From the NCBI GenBank assembly GCA_043758415.1, contig JAYVNO010000207.1:562-64561 (forward strand): DNA of 64,000 bases. Reading direction: 5' to 3'. This DNA comes from Burkholderiales bacterium. Lineage in GTDB: Bacteria > Pseudomonadota > Gammaproteobacteria > Burkholderiales > Casimicrobiaceae. The notes under the pieces are model-generated. The model ran no database searches and was not told the origin of the DNA. It worked only from the letters and a program-made list of their open reading frames with translations. The position numbers and the translations under genes are program-made. Below are positions 10,622 through 19,864 of the stretch, piece after piece. Numbering within the stretch: the first letter of the stretch is position 1; each line of letters begins with the position of its first letter.

Positions 10622-11743
10622 ATGCCAACGAAGAAGTTTTTTCAGATTGAAATGCTGCGCGCGGCGCACGGCGATTGTCTGTGGCTTGAATACGGCACGG
10701 CGACGCGCACCCGGCGCATCCTGATTGATGGCGGGCCGATTGGCCGCTGGGAGTCGCTCGAATCGCGCATCGCGCAACTTGAAGACGGCGCGTCCACCTT
10801 CGAGTTAATTGTGCTCACTCATGTCGACACCGATCACGTCGATGGGCTGGTGCGCCTGTTCGCACCGAAAAAGAATACCTGGAAGTTCGACACGAAAGAC
10901 GTTTGGTTCAACGGCTGGAAGCATTTGCAGGATCAAAATCTGGGCGGCAATCAAGGCGAGTTTTTCAGCGCGCTGATTGAAGCGCGCATGGGGTCTGCCA
11001 AATGGAATGCGGAGTTTGACCACAAGACCATCGTCGTTCCCGATGAGGGCGAGCTGCCCACAGTCAAGCTTGCCGACGACTTTCGCATCACGCTGTTGTC
11101 GCCGACACCGGCGAAGCTTAAGAAGATGAAAAAGGCGTGGGAAAAAGACGTCAAAAACTTCGCACCGGGTGACCTGGACGCCGCGTGGGAAGCGCTGGCG
11201 ACGCAGAAGAAATATCTGCCTGATGACGGACTGCTCGGGTCGACACCGGGCATCGATGCCGAGCTCGAACGGCAATCACGCCCTGACAATGCCGCCGCCA
11301 ACGGCGCGACCATCGCATTTTTGGCGGAGTACGCGGGCATGAGCGCGCTGTTCCTGGGCGACGCCCATCCTGACGCCGTTGTCGCATCGCTGTCGCGACT
11401 GCTTGCGGCGCGCGGCGTCGAGCGCTTGCAGGTTGACGCGGTGAAGATTGCGCACCACGGCAGCAAGGGCAACACCACCGATGCGCTGCTGGCGTTGCTT
11501 GACAGTCCACGCTTTTTGATCAGCAGCAGCGGCGCAATTTTCAAGCATCCCGATGCCGAGGCGATCAAGCGCATCATCAGTCGCAGTCATCATCAACCGC
11601 CGACGCTGTACTTCAACTATCGCAGCGAGTTCACCGAGATCTGGGACGACGTCGCGCTGCGCAAGAAACTCAAGTATTTGACGGTGTTTAACGAGACCGA
11701 CGACACCGTCAACGCGCCGCTGACCATTCGCCTGACCAGGTAG
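10622..11743 (+). CDS. ComEC/Rec2-type metallo-beta-lactamase-fold hydrolase
   Basis: HGDCLWL, ILIDGG, THVDTDHVDG (HxDxDH), LFLGDA, KIAHHGS motifs; no signal peptide or membrane segments seen. Confidence 0.85.
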   Translation: MPTKKFFQIEMLRAAHGDCLWLEYGTATRTRRILIDGGPIGRWESLESRIAQLEDGASTFELIVLTHVDTDHVDGLVRLFAPKKNTWKFDTKDVWFNGWKHLQDQNLGGNQGEFFSALIEARMGSAKWNAEFDHKTIVVPDEGELPTVKLADDFRITLLSPTPAKLKKMKKAWEKDVKNFAPGDLDAAWEALATQKKYLPDDGLLGSTPGIDAELERQSRPDNAAANGATIAFLAEYAGMSALFLGDAHPDAVVASLSRLLAARGVERLQVDAVKIAHHGSKGNTTDALLALLDSPRFLISSSGAIFKHPDAEAIKRIISRSHHQPPTLYFNYRSEFTEIWDDVALRKKLKYLTVFNETDDTVNAPLTIRLTR

Positions 11744-11875
11744 CGCACGATGGCGGTTGCTGCAAGGGTATCGCTGAGTACATCGCCGCCCCGGTGAAGG
11801 CTGGGAGCGAACGTTTTCGCGGACCATCTGATTCCGTTTCTACGTCGTTACGGAAATAAATAGGCTCAATTTTCC

Positions 11876-11990
11876 GACGCAGATTCGCGCAGATTCGACG
11901 CCGATGACCGCAGATTTTCTTGATTGTCTGTAATGGAGAATATTCAAAAAATCTGCGGCAATCTGTGTTAAATCCGCGTTAATCTGCGTC
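11876..11990. repeat. Nested inverted-repeat element built from GCAGAT/ATCTGC units
   Basis: gacgcagatt (11876-11885) pairs with aatctgcgtc (11981-11990); inner ccgcagatttt (from 11908) pairs with aaaatctgcgg (11947-11957). Confidence 0.75.
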
Positions 11991-12040
11991 AAAAATCAAT
12001 GCTGTTTTGAAATAGAAGTGGAATGAACTGTATGCCGCTC

Positions 12041-13771
12041 CTACTTGGCTTGCGCATGCAGCTTGTCATACGCCGCGAGCAACTTGCCGTGCATCACACA
12101 ACCGTCCATCGTGAGCCCCGGTGCCGAGAGTCCCATGAAGCGGTTCTTCTTCGCGAGAAGCGTCTGCGCTTGCTGCACCGTATCGGCACCGTAGAGCAAG
12201 GCGAGCGCGTTCAGATACGATTTCACGTCGCCCAAATCGTCCAGATTGATGAGCTGCTCAATGCAGGCGTAAACGATACGCCGCTTCGGATTCAGTTGAT
12301 CGAAATGGCGAATCCAGTCGCAGCCTTCCAGCGTGGCTTCTCTGTCGCCAATGGCGAGTGCCAGCAGCGTCTTGAGCTCGCCCACACGCAGGTCGGCCCA
12401 GAAGGAATCGGCGTCTGCCGCCATGCCAATCAACAGCGGCAACGGACGCACATCCGCGAGCCCGGATTCGTTCAGGGTGGCGAGCAGATCGGCGCACTCA
12501 TCATCATCCAGATCGGTGAGATTGAGAACGGCCTCGCGGAAGTGATTGGCGACACTGTTGTTCTCATGCTCCAGATCGTCAATGGGATAAATCTCCGACA
12601 TGCCCGGCACCAGGATGCGGCAACCGTAGACGCCCAGATGCGTGAAGTCGGCGATGTAAATGTCGTAATCGTCCTTGTGAATGCGATCCACGGCCCAGGC
12701 GTAGTCTTCGGCGGTGGTGGTGCCGAAGTTCCAGTCGCAGAATTCATAGTCAGGCGTGTCGCCGAGGAAGTTCCAGTGAATGACACCGCTCGAATCGACG
12801 AAGTGAATTTCGATGTTCATCGAACTCGCCGCTTCGTCGAGATCAAATCCGGGCGGCGGAAAGCCCGCCAGCGAGTCGAGCGCACGGCCCTGTAGCAGCT
12901 CGGTCAACGCACGTTCCAGCGCAATTTCAAAACGCGGATGGCCGCCAAAACTGGCGAAGCAACCTTGATCGTCCGGGTGCAACAGCGTCACATTCATCAC
13001 CGGATATTGCCCACCCAGTGACGCATCTTTCACCAGAATGCCAAAGCCCGCCGCGCGCAATGCGGCAATACCTGCGGCGATGCGCGGATAGCGCGCGATC
13101 ACCGTCTCCGGCACGTCAGGCAGACAGATGCCTTCGGCGATGATGCGGCCCTTGATGTGCCGCTCGAAAATTTCTGACAGCGCCTGGGTGCGTGCCTCGG
13201 CCTGTGTGTTGCCAGCCGACATGCCGTTGCTCACGTACAGATTGCCGATGATGTTGACCGGGATATAGGTCACCGCACCATCGCGCTCACGCACATACGG
13301 AATGGCACAAATGCCGCGCTCGACGTTGCCGGAATTGAACTCAACGAGGCTCGTAGCGTTGATCGTGCCGTCGGGGTTATAGAACGCGTGCAGCTCCGGG
13401 TTCAATATCGCCCCGGGCCAACTGCCGTCGTCGGTCGCCGCAAACCATTTTTCCTGCGGGTAATGCACGTAAGGTCGCGCGGCAATCACCGGCCCGAGGT
13501 AATAGTGGGTCCAGAAATAGTTGGTCGACAAGCGCTCAAAATATTCGCCGAGCGCGCTGGCCATGCAGGCGAGCTTTGTCGCGCCCTTGCCGTTGGTGAA
13601 CAGCAACGGGCAATCGCGATCCCGAATGTGCACCGACCAGATGCCGTCGACCGGGTTTAACCAACTGCGCTCCTCGATGTGAAAGCCGAGCGCCAAAAGC
13701 TTGCCGGTTAGCGTCTCGATGGTCGATTCAAGCGAGGCGTCTTTGCCGGGGATAAAGTGTTGCGCATTCAT
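12041..13771 (-). CDS. ycaO: YcaO-family protein (S12 methylthiotransferase accessory factor type)
   Basis: IPGKDASLE...TNGKGAT...SALGEYFERL...SNGMSAGN...LTELLQGR; start placed at MNAQHF (13771) rather than the ORF-track start 13882. Confidence 0.88.
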   Translation of the reverse strand: MNAQHFIPGKDASLESTIETLTGKLLALGFHIEERSWLNPVDGIWSVHIRDRDCPLLFTNGKGATKLACMASALGEYFERLSTNYFWTHYYLGPVIAARPYVHYPQEKWFAATDDGSWPGAILNPELHAFYNPDGTINATSLVEFNSGNVERGICAIPYVRERDGAVTYIPVNIIGNLYVSNGMSAGNTQAEARTQALSEIFERHIKGRIIAEGICLPDVPETVIARYPRIAAGIAALRAAGFGILVKDASLGGQYPVMNVTLLHPDDQGCFASFGGHPRFEIALERALTELLQGRALDSLAGFPPPGFDLDEAASSMNIEIHFVDSSGVIHWNFLGDTPDYEFCDWNFGTTTAEDYAWAVDRIHKDDYDIYIADFTHLGVYGCRILVPGMSEIYPIDDLEHENNSVANHFREAVLNLTDLDDDECADLLATLNESGLADVRPLPLLIGMAADADSFWADLRVGELKTLLALAIGDREATLEGCDWIRHFDQLNPKRRIVYACIEQLINLDDLGDVKSYLNALALLYGADTVQQAQTLLAKKNRFMGLSAPGLTMDGCVMHGKLLAAYDKLHAQAK

Positions 13772-14030
13772 GTTAACGAGCATAGCGCACGCCGCTGATC
13801 GCTCAAGCTGCCCGCAAGGGGCGAAGCGAATTCGTGGCTGCGGGCAACGCGCATCGCGCAGGGTGCAATGACCTGGAGACAAAAATTTGATCTTCGCAGC
13901 AATAAGTGCTAAGGTTCGCTTGTCCCCGATGAAACGATTGGAGGTTGCTATTCCGAACGAATTTATTTTCCAGCTCTGCTAACTTTTGCAAATGCGCGTA
14001 AGCGCAGCACAGCGCTCTTAAGCGCAATAG

Positions 14031-14056
14031 AAAAAGCGCCCTCAAGGCGCTTTTTC
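14031..14056. terminator. Hairpin resembling a bidirectional intrinsic terminator
   Basis: aaaagcgcc-ctcaa-ggcgctttt, flanked by A and T runs. Confidence 0.5.
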
Positions 14057-14199
14057 ATTGCCAGCGCCGCGAATGCAGGCGACGAGACAACACCCTGCGG
14101 GGTTGCGACAGGATCGTCGTCAGCAGACTCCGTCCACGCCGGATTGAAAAATTAACAGCTCTAACCTGAAAGTCATCGTACATAGGGGACACAGCCGCG

Positions 14200-14277
14200 T
14201 TTATGCATAAAGTCGGTTTTATCGGTAAAACGGGTTGTATCCCGCAGGCATGCGAGGTTTCAGTTTAGAGTTGTTGC
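14200..14277. repeat. Bipartite dispersed motif TTTATGCATAAAGTCG...TTAGAGTTGT, copy 1
   Basis: Same two boxes at near-identical spacing at 57107-57183. Confidence 0.6.
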
Positions 14278-14395
14278 CACACGAGAAGACGCAGCCAACC
14301 GGAAGTAAGGCTGCGCAACCCCACCATTTCGCTGGCAAGTGATGCACAATCACGCCACGACAAGCACTAAAGCTTGTCACACCAAGGAGATCAAA

Positions 14396-15010
14396 ATGAA
14401 ACTCGCCCCCGCTATCAGGATAGCGCTGTTCGTCGTCGCCGCCATGTTGCTCGGCTGCTCCAGTATGCCCAGCCAACCGGGATGGACTACGCTGGTTGAC
14501 GGCGCATCGGGCCTTGACAATTTTGATCGTGTCGGCGACGCCAACTGGCGCGCCGAGAACGGCGCCATCGTCGCTGACAAAGCAAGCGTGGCCAGCTATC
14601 TGGTGTCGAAGAACAGCTACAAGGACTTCCAGATCAAGGCTGAATTCTGGGCCGATCACACCACCAATAGCGGCGTTTTCCTGCGCCTGTCTGATCGCAA
14701 AAATGTCACGGCGGCGAACTCATACGAGGTCAATATTTACGACCAGCGTCCCGATCCGAATTACGGCACCGCAGCCATCGTCGATATTGCCAAAGTGGTC
14801 CCGATGCCCAAGGCCGGTGGCAAATGGAACTCCTTCGTCATCACCGCCAAAGGCAACCGCCTGATCGTCGAGTTCAACGGCGTGCAAACGGTCGACGTGC
14901 AGGACAGCAAATTCGCGAGCGGCCCCTTCGCGCTGCAATTCGGCAATGGCCCGAAAGACGCGCCGGGCGGCGTCATCAAGTGGCGCAAGGTGCAGATTAG
15001 TTCGCTGTAG
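14396..15010 (+). CDS. DUF1080 (3-keto-disaccharide hydrolase family) lipoprotein
   Basis: Lipobox LLGC; YLVSKNSYKDF, NSGVFLR, GKWN...ITAKGNR, GPFALQ; RBS aaggag before ATG 14396. Confidence 0.85.
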   Translation: MKLAPAIRIALFVVAAMLLGCSSMPSQPGWTTLVDGASGLDNFDRVGDANWRAENGAIVADKASVASYLVSKNSYKDFQIKAEFWADHTTNSGVFLRLSDRKNVTAANSYEVNIYDQRPDPNYGTAAIVDIAKVVPMPKAGGKWNSFVITAKGNRLIVEFNGVQTVDVQDSKFASGPFALQFGNGPKDAPGGVIKWRKVQISSL

Positions 15011-15105
15011 CGATCAGCGAACCGGCGATCACCACTCAGCCGCGCGTTCGCGCAAAATACGGGAACATACCCGTATTTTTTCGCCTGCTTTGAAGGACTT
15101 ATTCC

Positions 15106-15828
15106 ATGGCCGTTGATCCGCTGCCTCTCGACCCGGCCATTGTGCGCACGCTTCAGGGCGTGACCACGGCGACGCTGACTACGGTGCTCTTGAAGAAGGG
15201 CTTGCGCAACATCTGGATGCGCGGCGCGAAACCGTTGCGGTCGGGGCAGCCGCGTGTGATCGGGCGCGCTTTCACGCTGCGCTTCGTGCCTGCGCGTGAA
15301 GATCTGGCAACGCCTGCCTCCTGGGGCTCACCGACATCCACGCGCGCAGCGATTGAGGCGATGCCGCAGGGGGCCGTCGCTGTGGTCGACGCCATGGGCA
15401 CCACCGATGCTGGCATCTTCGGCGACATCCTCTGCGCACGCATGCAAAAGCGCGGCGTGGCAGCGCTGGTCACCGATGGCGTGGTGCGCGATCTCGACGG
15501 CGTGCTCGGCACCGGGCTTCCGGTGTGGTGTCAGGGCACCGCCGCCCCGGCGTCGGTCAATGGCCTCACCTTCGTGAGCTGGCAAGAGCCGATTGGTTGC
15601 GGCGGTGTGGCGGTGTTCCCGAACGACATCGTGGTTGTCGATAGCGACGGTGCGGTGTTGATTCCCGCCGCCTTGCTCGATGACGTGGTTGCCGCAGCCG
15701 TGGAGCAGGAACGCCTCGAAGGCTGGATCATGACGCAGGTTGATGCAGGGCTGCCGCTGCTTGGCCTCTATCCGCCGAATGACGAAACCAAAGCGCGCTA
15801 CGAGGCGTGGGCGAAGGCGCTGCGCTGA
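15106..15828 (+). CDS. RraA/HMG-aldolase family protein
   Basis: GRAFTLRFVPARED, GIFGDILCARM, GVAALVTDGVVRD, PNDIVVVDSDGAVLIP. Confidence 0.88.
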   Translation: MAVDPLPLDPAIVRTLQGVTTATLTTVLLKKGLRNIWMRGAKPLRSGQPRVIGRAFTLRFVPAREDLATPASWGSPTSTRAAIEAMPQGAVAVVDAMGTTDAGIFGDILCARMQKRGVAALVTDGVVRDLDGVLGTGLPVWCQGTAAPASVNGLTFVSWQEPIGCGGVAVFPNDIVVVDSDGAVLIPAALLDDVVAAAVEQERLEGWIMTQVDAGLPLLGLYPPNDETKARYEAWAKALR

Positions 15829-15861
15829 GGCCGCATCCACGCCGCGCTGATCGGCGTGCGT

Positions 15862-16800
15862 TTACTTGATCATGCCGAGCCTGCGCGCCAGCGGCAGCGA
15901 GTTTTCAGCGCGGAGTTTCAGGAATGCGGGCACCTGATCGTAGGTGATGTCGATCTGCTCGAAACCGGCGTCGGTCATCTGCTTGCGATGCTCTGGGTCC
16001 TTGTTGATTTTTGCGAAGAGATCGGACACCTGCCTGCGTACAAGCTCGGGTGTCGCCCGCGGCACGGCAACGCCGCGATAGGCACCATCGACCCAGTCAA
16101 ATCCCAGCTCCCTGAAGGTGGGCGCAGTGGGAAACTGGGCCAGGCGGCTCGGTGTGCCTACAGCAAGCACGCGGGTCTTTTCCTTGTTGGCGATGGCGAG
16201 CGTGGTGAAGGTCATCGCCGCATCCACATGTTTGCCCAGCAACTGGGTGATGATCTCGCCGGTGCCCTTGAGCGGGATGTAGGTGACCTTCATGCCGCCC
16301 TGAAGCTCAAGTCGCGCTGTGGCCATATGGGCAGGCGAGTTGGTGGCGCTGCCCGCCACATTCAGCTTGCCCGGATCGGCTTTCGCCGCCGCCGCAAAAT
16401 CGGCAAAAGTCTTAAACGGGGAATCGGCGGCGACCACCAGCGCGTCCGGCGTGAAATGAAAGAAAAATACGTTGATGACGTCTTCGGTCTTGTACTGTGC
16501 CTGTGCTTCGAGCGGTTGTAGCAGGATGTGCGGCAGATTGGTGCCCATGACGGTGTAGCCGTCGGCAGGCAGGGAATTCAACTGCGCCCAGGCCACGGCA
16601 CCGCCCGCGCCGGGCTTGTTCTGCACCAGAAAGTCTTTGCCGGTCAGCTTGGCGGCCACCTTGCCCTGCAGGCGTGCGGCGATATCGCTCTCACCTGCAG
16701 GGACGAAAGGAATGACATAAGTAATGGCGCGCTCGGGGTACTCCGCGTGAGCGAGCGTCGCAGCAAGCGTGACGGCCATCGCGGCAAATAGCTTTCTCAT
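15862..16800 (-). CDS. Tripartite tricarboxylate transporter substrate-binding protein (Bug/TctC family)
   Basis: Signal peptide, YPERAITYVIPFVPAG..D, NKPGAGG, ADGYT; start MRKLF at 16800. Confidence 0.9.
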   Translation of the reverse strand: MRKLFAAMAVTLAATLAHAEYPERAITYVIPFVPAGESDIAARLQGKVAAKLTGKDFLVQNKPGAGGAVAWAQLNSLPADGYTVMGTNLPHILLQPLEAQAQYKTEDVINVFFFHFTPDALVVAADSPFKTFADFAAAAKADPGKLNVAGSATNSPAHMATARLELQGGMKVTYIPLKGTGEIITQLLGKHVDAAMTFTTLAIANKEKTRVLAVGTPSRLAQFPTAPTFRELGFDWVDGAYRGVAVPRATPELVRRQVSDLFAKINKDPEHRKQMTDAGFEQIDITYDQVPAFLKLRAENSLPLARRLGMIK

Positions 16801-16930
16801 CCCGATTCTCCTGATCTTGTCATCTACGTAGTGTAAGGTGGAATTTGCCCGTGCCGTTAACCGCAATGGGACGTGGCCAGCGCGGACCTTAAACAAACGG
16901 CTACGCTATACGAACCTCTGGCCGAAGGCG

Positions 16931-19660
16931 CTATTGGCGCTTTCTTTGCTTGTCGTTCGGCAACGGGTTGCCCTCATCGTCTACTTTTTCATCTCTCTTC
17001 TCTTCGATGATCTTGGGTCGTTTTTCAGCGCTGGCCTGCTTGGCTGGCACCGCCGCCGCAGGGGGTTCGCCCGGTCGCGCGGCTGGTTCGACGGCAGGCG
17101 CAGCAGGCGGCTGCGGTGGCCGCGCCGCTGGCGGCAGCCGCGCCGGTACCGCTGGCGCTGCCTGCACGGTCGGGGCAGCGGGCGGCACGTCGCGTTGCTC
17201 GCGACCGGGATTACCCGGCCGTGCCGACGCCGGTGGCGCTGCTACCGGTGCCGACGGGGCCGCTGCTGCCGGTGGCGCGAGCACGGGTCGACCGGGTGCC
17301 TCGGACGCCCTGTTGCCCGGCCTCGGTGCGTCCGGCGCAGGAGGCGCAGGTGCCCGGGCTGCGGGTTGCGGCGCTGCGACCGGGGGGGTAGGTACGATGG
17401 GCGGCGGCGGAGCAACGGGTGGCGGCAATTGTGGCGGTGGCATGGTGCGTGCTGGCGTGTTCGGTGTAGCAGCTGCTGGCGTCTCGCGTTGTTCGCGCCC
17501 AGAGTTGCCGGGACGCGTGGGCGTTGGCGGTGGCGTTGCCACAGCGTCGGGCGTAACGGGCGGCGCGGCAGCCGGTCGACCCATGCTCTCGGTAGGCCTA
17601 ATGCCGGGTCTTGCTGCATCCTGGACAGCCGAGACCGGAGCACGTGCAGCGGGTTGGGCTGGCGTTACCGGAGGAGCGGCCTGAGGTTGCGCCGAGGGCA
17701 GCGCGCGAAGCGGGGCGGGCGGCGTGTCACGTTGCTCACGGGCCGGATTGCCCGGACTGGTTGACATGATTGGCGGCGGCGCTGGGGTGACCGTTGCTGG
17801 CTGCGCAAGAGGCGCAGGCGGTGCAATCACGGGGCGACCAAGCGCCTCGACGGGTCGGTTGCCAAGTCTGGCCGTGTCCGGAGCGACAGGGACTGGCGGA
17901 CGGCTGCCCGGCACCGCTACAGCCGGTGCAGGCGTAGGCGCTGGTTGAGCTTGCGCAGCGGGCGGGATTGATTGCGGCACACGTTGTTCGGCGACGCCAC
18001 TTCGGTCACCGGGAGCGCGTGGCGGCGGCGCAACGATGGCCGCGCCCGCCGCGCGCGCCTCGGGCACGATTTCTACTCTGGGAGCAACAATCGCCGCCGA
18101 CGGACTTACGGGATTGCCCGACGTGCCTCGCATCAGAGGCGCAGCCGGAGGCCTGAGCGTGGCCAGTACCGCCGTTTCGACGGGCTTGCCAGGATTCGCG
18201 GCGAGCGCGCGTTCGCGTACGGCGAACGGGACAGGCGCAGCGGGTGGCTGACTTTGTGCAACAAACCGTTGCTCGGTGACTTGTGGCGGCAGGGAACGCG
18301 GCGACGCCGCTCCAAGCACGCTCGACTGTATCGGTGCAACGGCTGCAAGTGCGATCACCGGTGCCGCCATCAGCGCGGCTTCCGGCACTCGCATGGCAGC
18401 ACGAGCGACGGGCTGCGCCTGAACAAAGGTAGAGGTTGGTACTGCCACGATGGCGCCGGGCACGCTTTGATTGACAAACACGGTGTTGGCAAACACCGTT
18501 GTGGCGTTGCGGTTGTCGTAGTTGTTGATGATCGTCGTATTGTTAATGGTCGTGTTGCTGATATTTACGTTGGTAAAATACTCACGGCTAACCGCGTACG
18601 CGGGACGGTACACCTCACGCGGTCCCAGCGGAAACCAGCCGACTGCACCCACGTTACCGCTTGCAGCCGAGACCTGAAAGTTGCTGCCGCCGACGAATGC
18701 GACCAGCGCGGGCGCATAAACTGCGCGCGCAGTCACCGGGCCGGGTACCCAGCCCCAGCGTCCAGCGTCGTTGATCCAGCGTCCGTAGTGCGAGACTGCG
18801 AATCCCCATGGTAGATCGTCGACCCAGGTCCAGCCCCACGGCTCGACCCATGACCAATGGCCGTCGCGATAGGGTGCCCAGTTTGACGCCACGCGGGTGG
18901 GTGTCCAGACATTGCCATATTGCGGCAGTGAACGCCAGCTGCCATATTGGTCGAGATCCTGATAACCAATCACATCGCGCGATACGTAGCGTGCTGAAAT
19001 CGATGTTTCGTAGCGGCGATCACGGCCCTGGCACCAGCGTTCAAACTCATCGGCACGCGGCATCATCAGCACCTCGTAATCGGTTAGGCCTGCACCATAA
19101 AACCGGTAGGCACGACCCAAGCCGACGGTATAGCTCGCCCCTTTGCCGAACACCTCGGCACGACCGCTGCGCGTGCGCACCTCCGTTGAGTCGCGCGCGG
19201 CATCAACGGTTATCCGATATTCACCTTCCTGACGGATCACAAAGGCAAGATTCGGCGTGTCAACCTCAACCACCTGGTTGCGTTCCAGTCGGCGCACGCG
19301 CAGATGGATCGTACCGTCCTGCAAATTCATTTGCGCGATGCGGTCATCAAGGTTGGTCAAAGTGAACAGTGTGCGAGCGCCCAGGCGTACCATTGCACTG
19401 CCGATTTGCAATTCGACGCGACCGCGATCATCCGCCCACAGTCGGTCGCCGGTGACAACTGGGCGGTTGAGCGTGCCCGCCACCCAAGTCGTTTCGCCAG
19501 CGGGAGAAAAACTGATGGCACCGCTGAAATAACCCAGCCGTGCAACGCGCATGGGCGGGTCTGCCAGCGCGAGGCCCGCGAACGTGAAAGCCAGCGAAAT
19601 TCCGATGCAGCGCAGAACGATTGCGGTGAAGCGGCGTGAGTTGGTCTGGTGTGGTTGCAT
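16931..19660 (-). CDS. Exported DUF6600/FecR-like protein with W/G-rich repeats and a long Pro/Ala-rich repeated tail
   Basis: Signal peptide, DPPMRVARL, W-rich WAPYRDGHWSWVEPWGWTWVDDLPWGFAVSHYGRW; RBS aggag before ATG 19660. Confidence 0.75.
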   Translation of the reverse strand: MQPHQTNSRRFTAIVLRCIGISLAFTFAGLALADPPMRVARLGYFSGAISFSPAGETTWVAGTLNRPVVTGDRLWADDRGRVELQIGSAMVRLGARTLFTLTNLDDRIAQMNLQDGTIHLRVRRLERNQVVEVDTPNLAFVIRQEGEYRITVDAARDSTEVRTRSGRAEVFGKGASYTVGLGRAYRFYGAGLTDYEVLMMPRADEFERWCQGRDRRYETSISARYVSRDVIGYQDLDQYGSWRSLPQYGNVWTPTRVASNWAPYRDGHWSWVEPWGWTWVDDLPWGFAVSHYGRWINDAGRWGWVPGPVTARAVYAPALVAFVGGSNFQVSAASGNVGAVGWFPLGPREVYRPAYAVSREYFTNVNISNTTINNTTIINNYDNRNATTVFANTVFVNQSVPGAIVAVPTSTFVQAQPVARAAMRVPEAALMAAPVIALAAVAPIQSSVLGAASPRSLPPQVTEQRFVAQSQPPAAPVPFAVRERALAANPGKPVETAVLATLRPPAAPLMRGTSGNPVSPSAAIVAPRVEIVPEARAAGAAIVAPPPRAPGDRSGVAEQRVPQSIPPAAQAQPAPTPAPAVAVPGSRPPVPVAPDTARLGNRPVEALGRPVIAPPAPLAQPATVTPAPPPIMSTSPGNPAREQRDTPPAPLRALPSAQPQAAPPVTPAQPAARAPVSAVQDAARPGIRPTESMGRPAAAPPVTPDAVATPPPTPTRPGNSGREQRETPAAATPNTPARTMPPPQLPPPVAPPPPIVPTPPVAAPQPAARAPAPPAPDAPRPGNRASEAPGRPVLAPPAAAAPSAPVAAPPASARPGNPGREQRDVPPAAPTVQAAPAVPARLPPAARPPQPPAAPAVEPAARPGEPPAAAVPAKQASAEKRPKIIEEKRDEKVDDEGNPLPNDKQRKRQ

Positions 19661-19864
19661 ATAAATCTCCTGCATATGGGCCGGATTTGCCTGATGGGTC
19701 AGCACGCTGATGAGTGCTAGGCACGCACTATCTATCGTAGACATCAGGCTGCTTAACGATGGTGAGTCAGAACTGGCCTACCCAGGTAGCCCCGTTATGC
19801 CAATTTCGCATTTACTGCGCGTTGCGCAGCGTACGTGGAACTCGCCTGGTAGAAAGTTGTCCGG

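Noticed and set aside
12023-12895. Long antisense or alternate-frame ORFs (e.g. 12023-12895, 32315-33880, 16838-17764, 7255-8364, 22730-23191)
   Set aside because: They overlap well-supported genes and lack motifs; expected shadows in GC-rich DNA.
12041-13771. YcaO as part of a RiPP biosynthetic cluster
   Set aside because: Looks like the stand-alone housekeeping type; no precursor, TfuA, E1-like or dehydrogenase gene nearby.
15054-15079. 10-bp inverted repeat aaaatacggg/cccgtatttt before the RraA-like gene
   Set aside because: Adequately explained as an intrinsic terminator of the DUF1080 gene or a simple operator.
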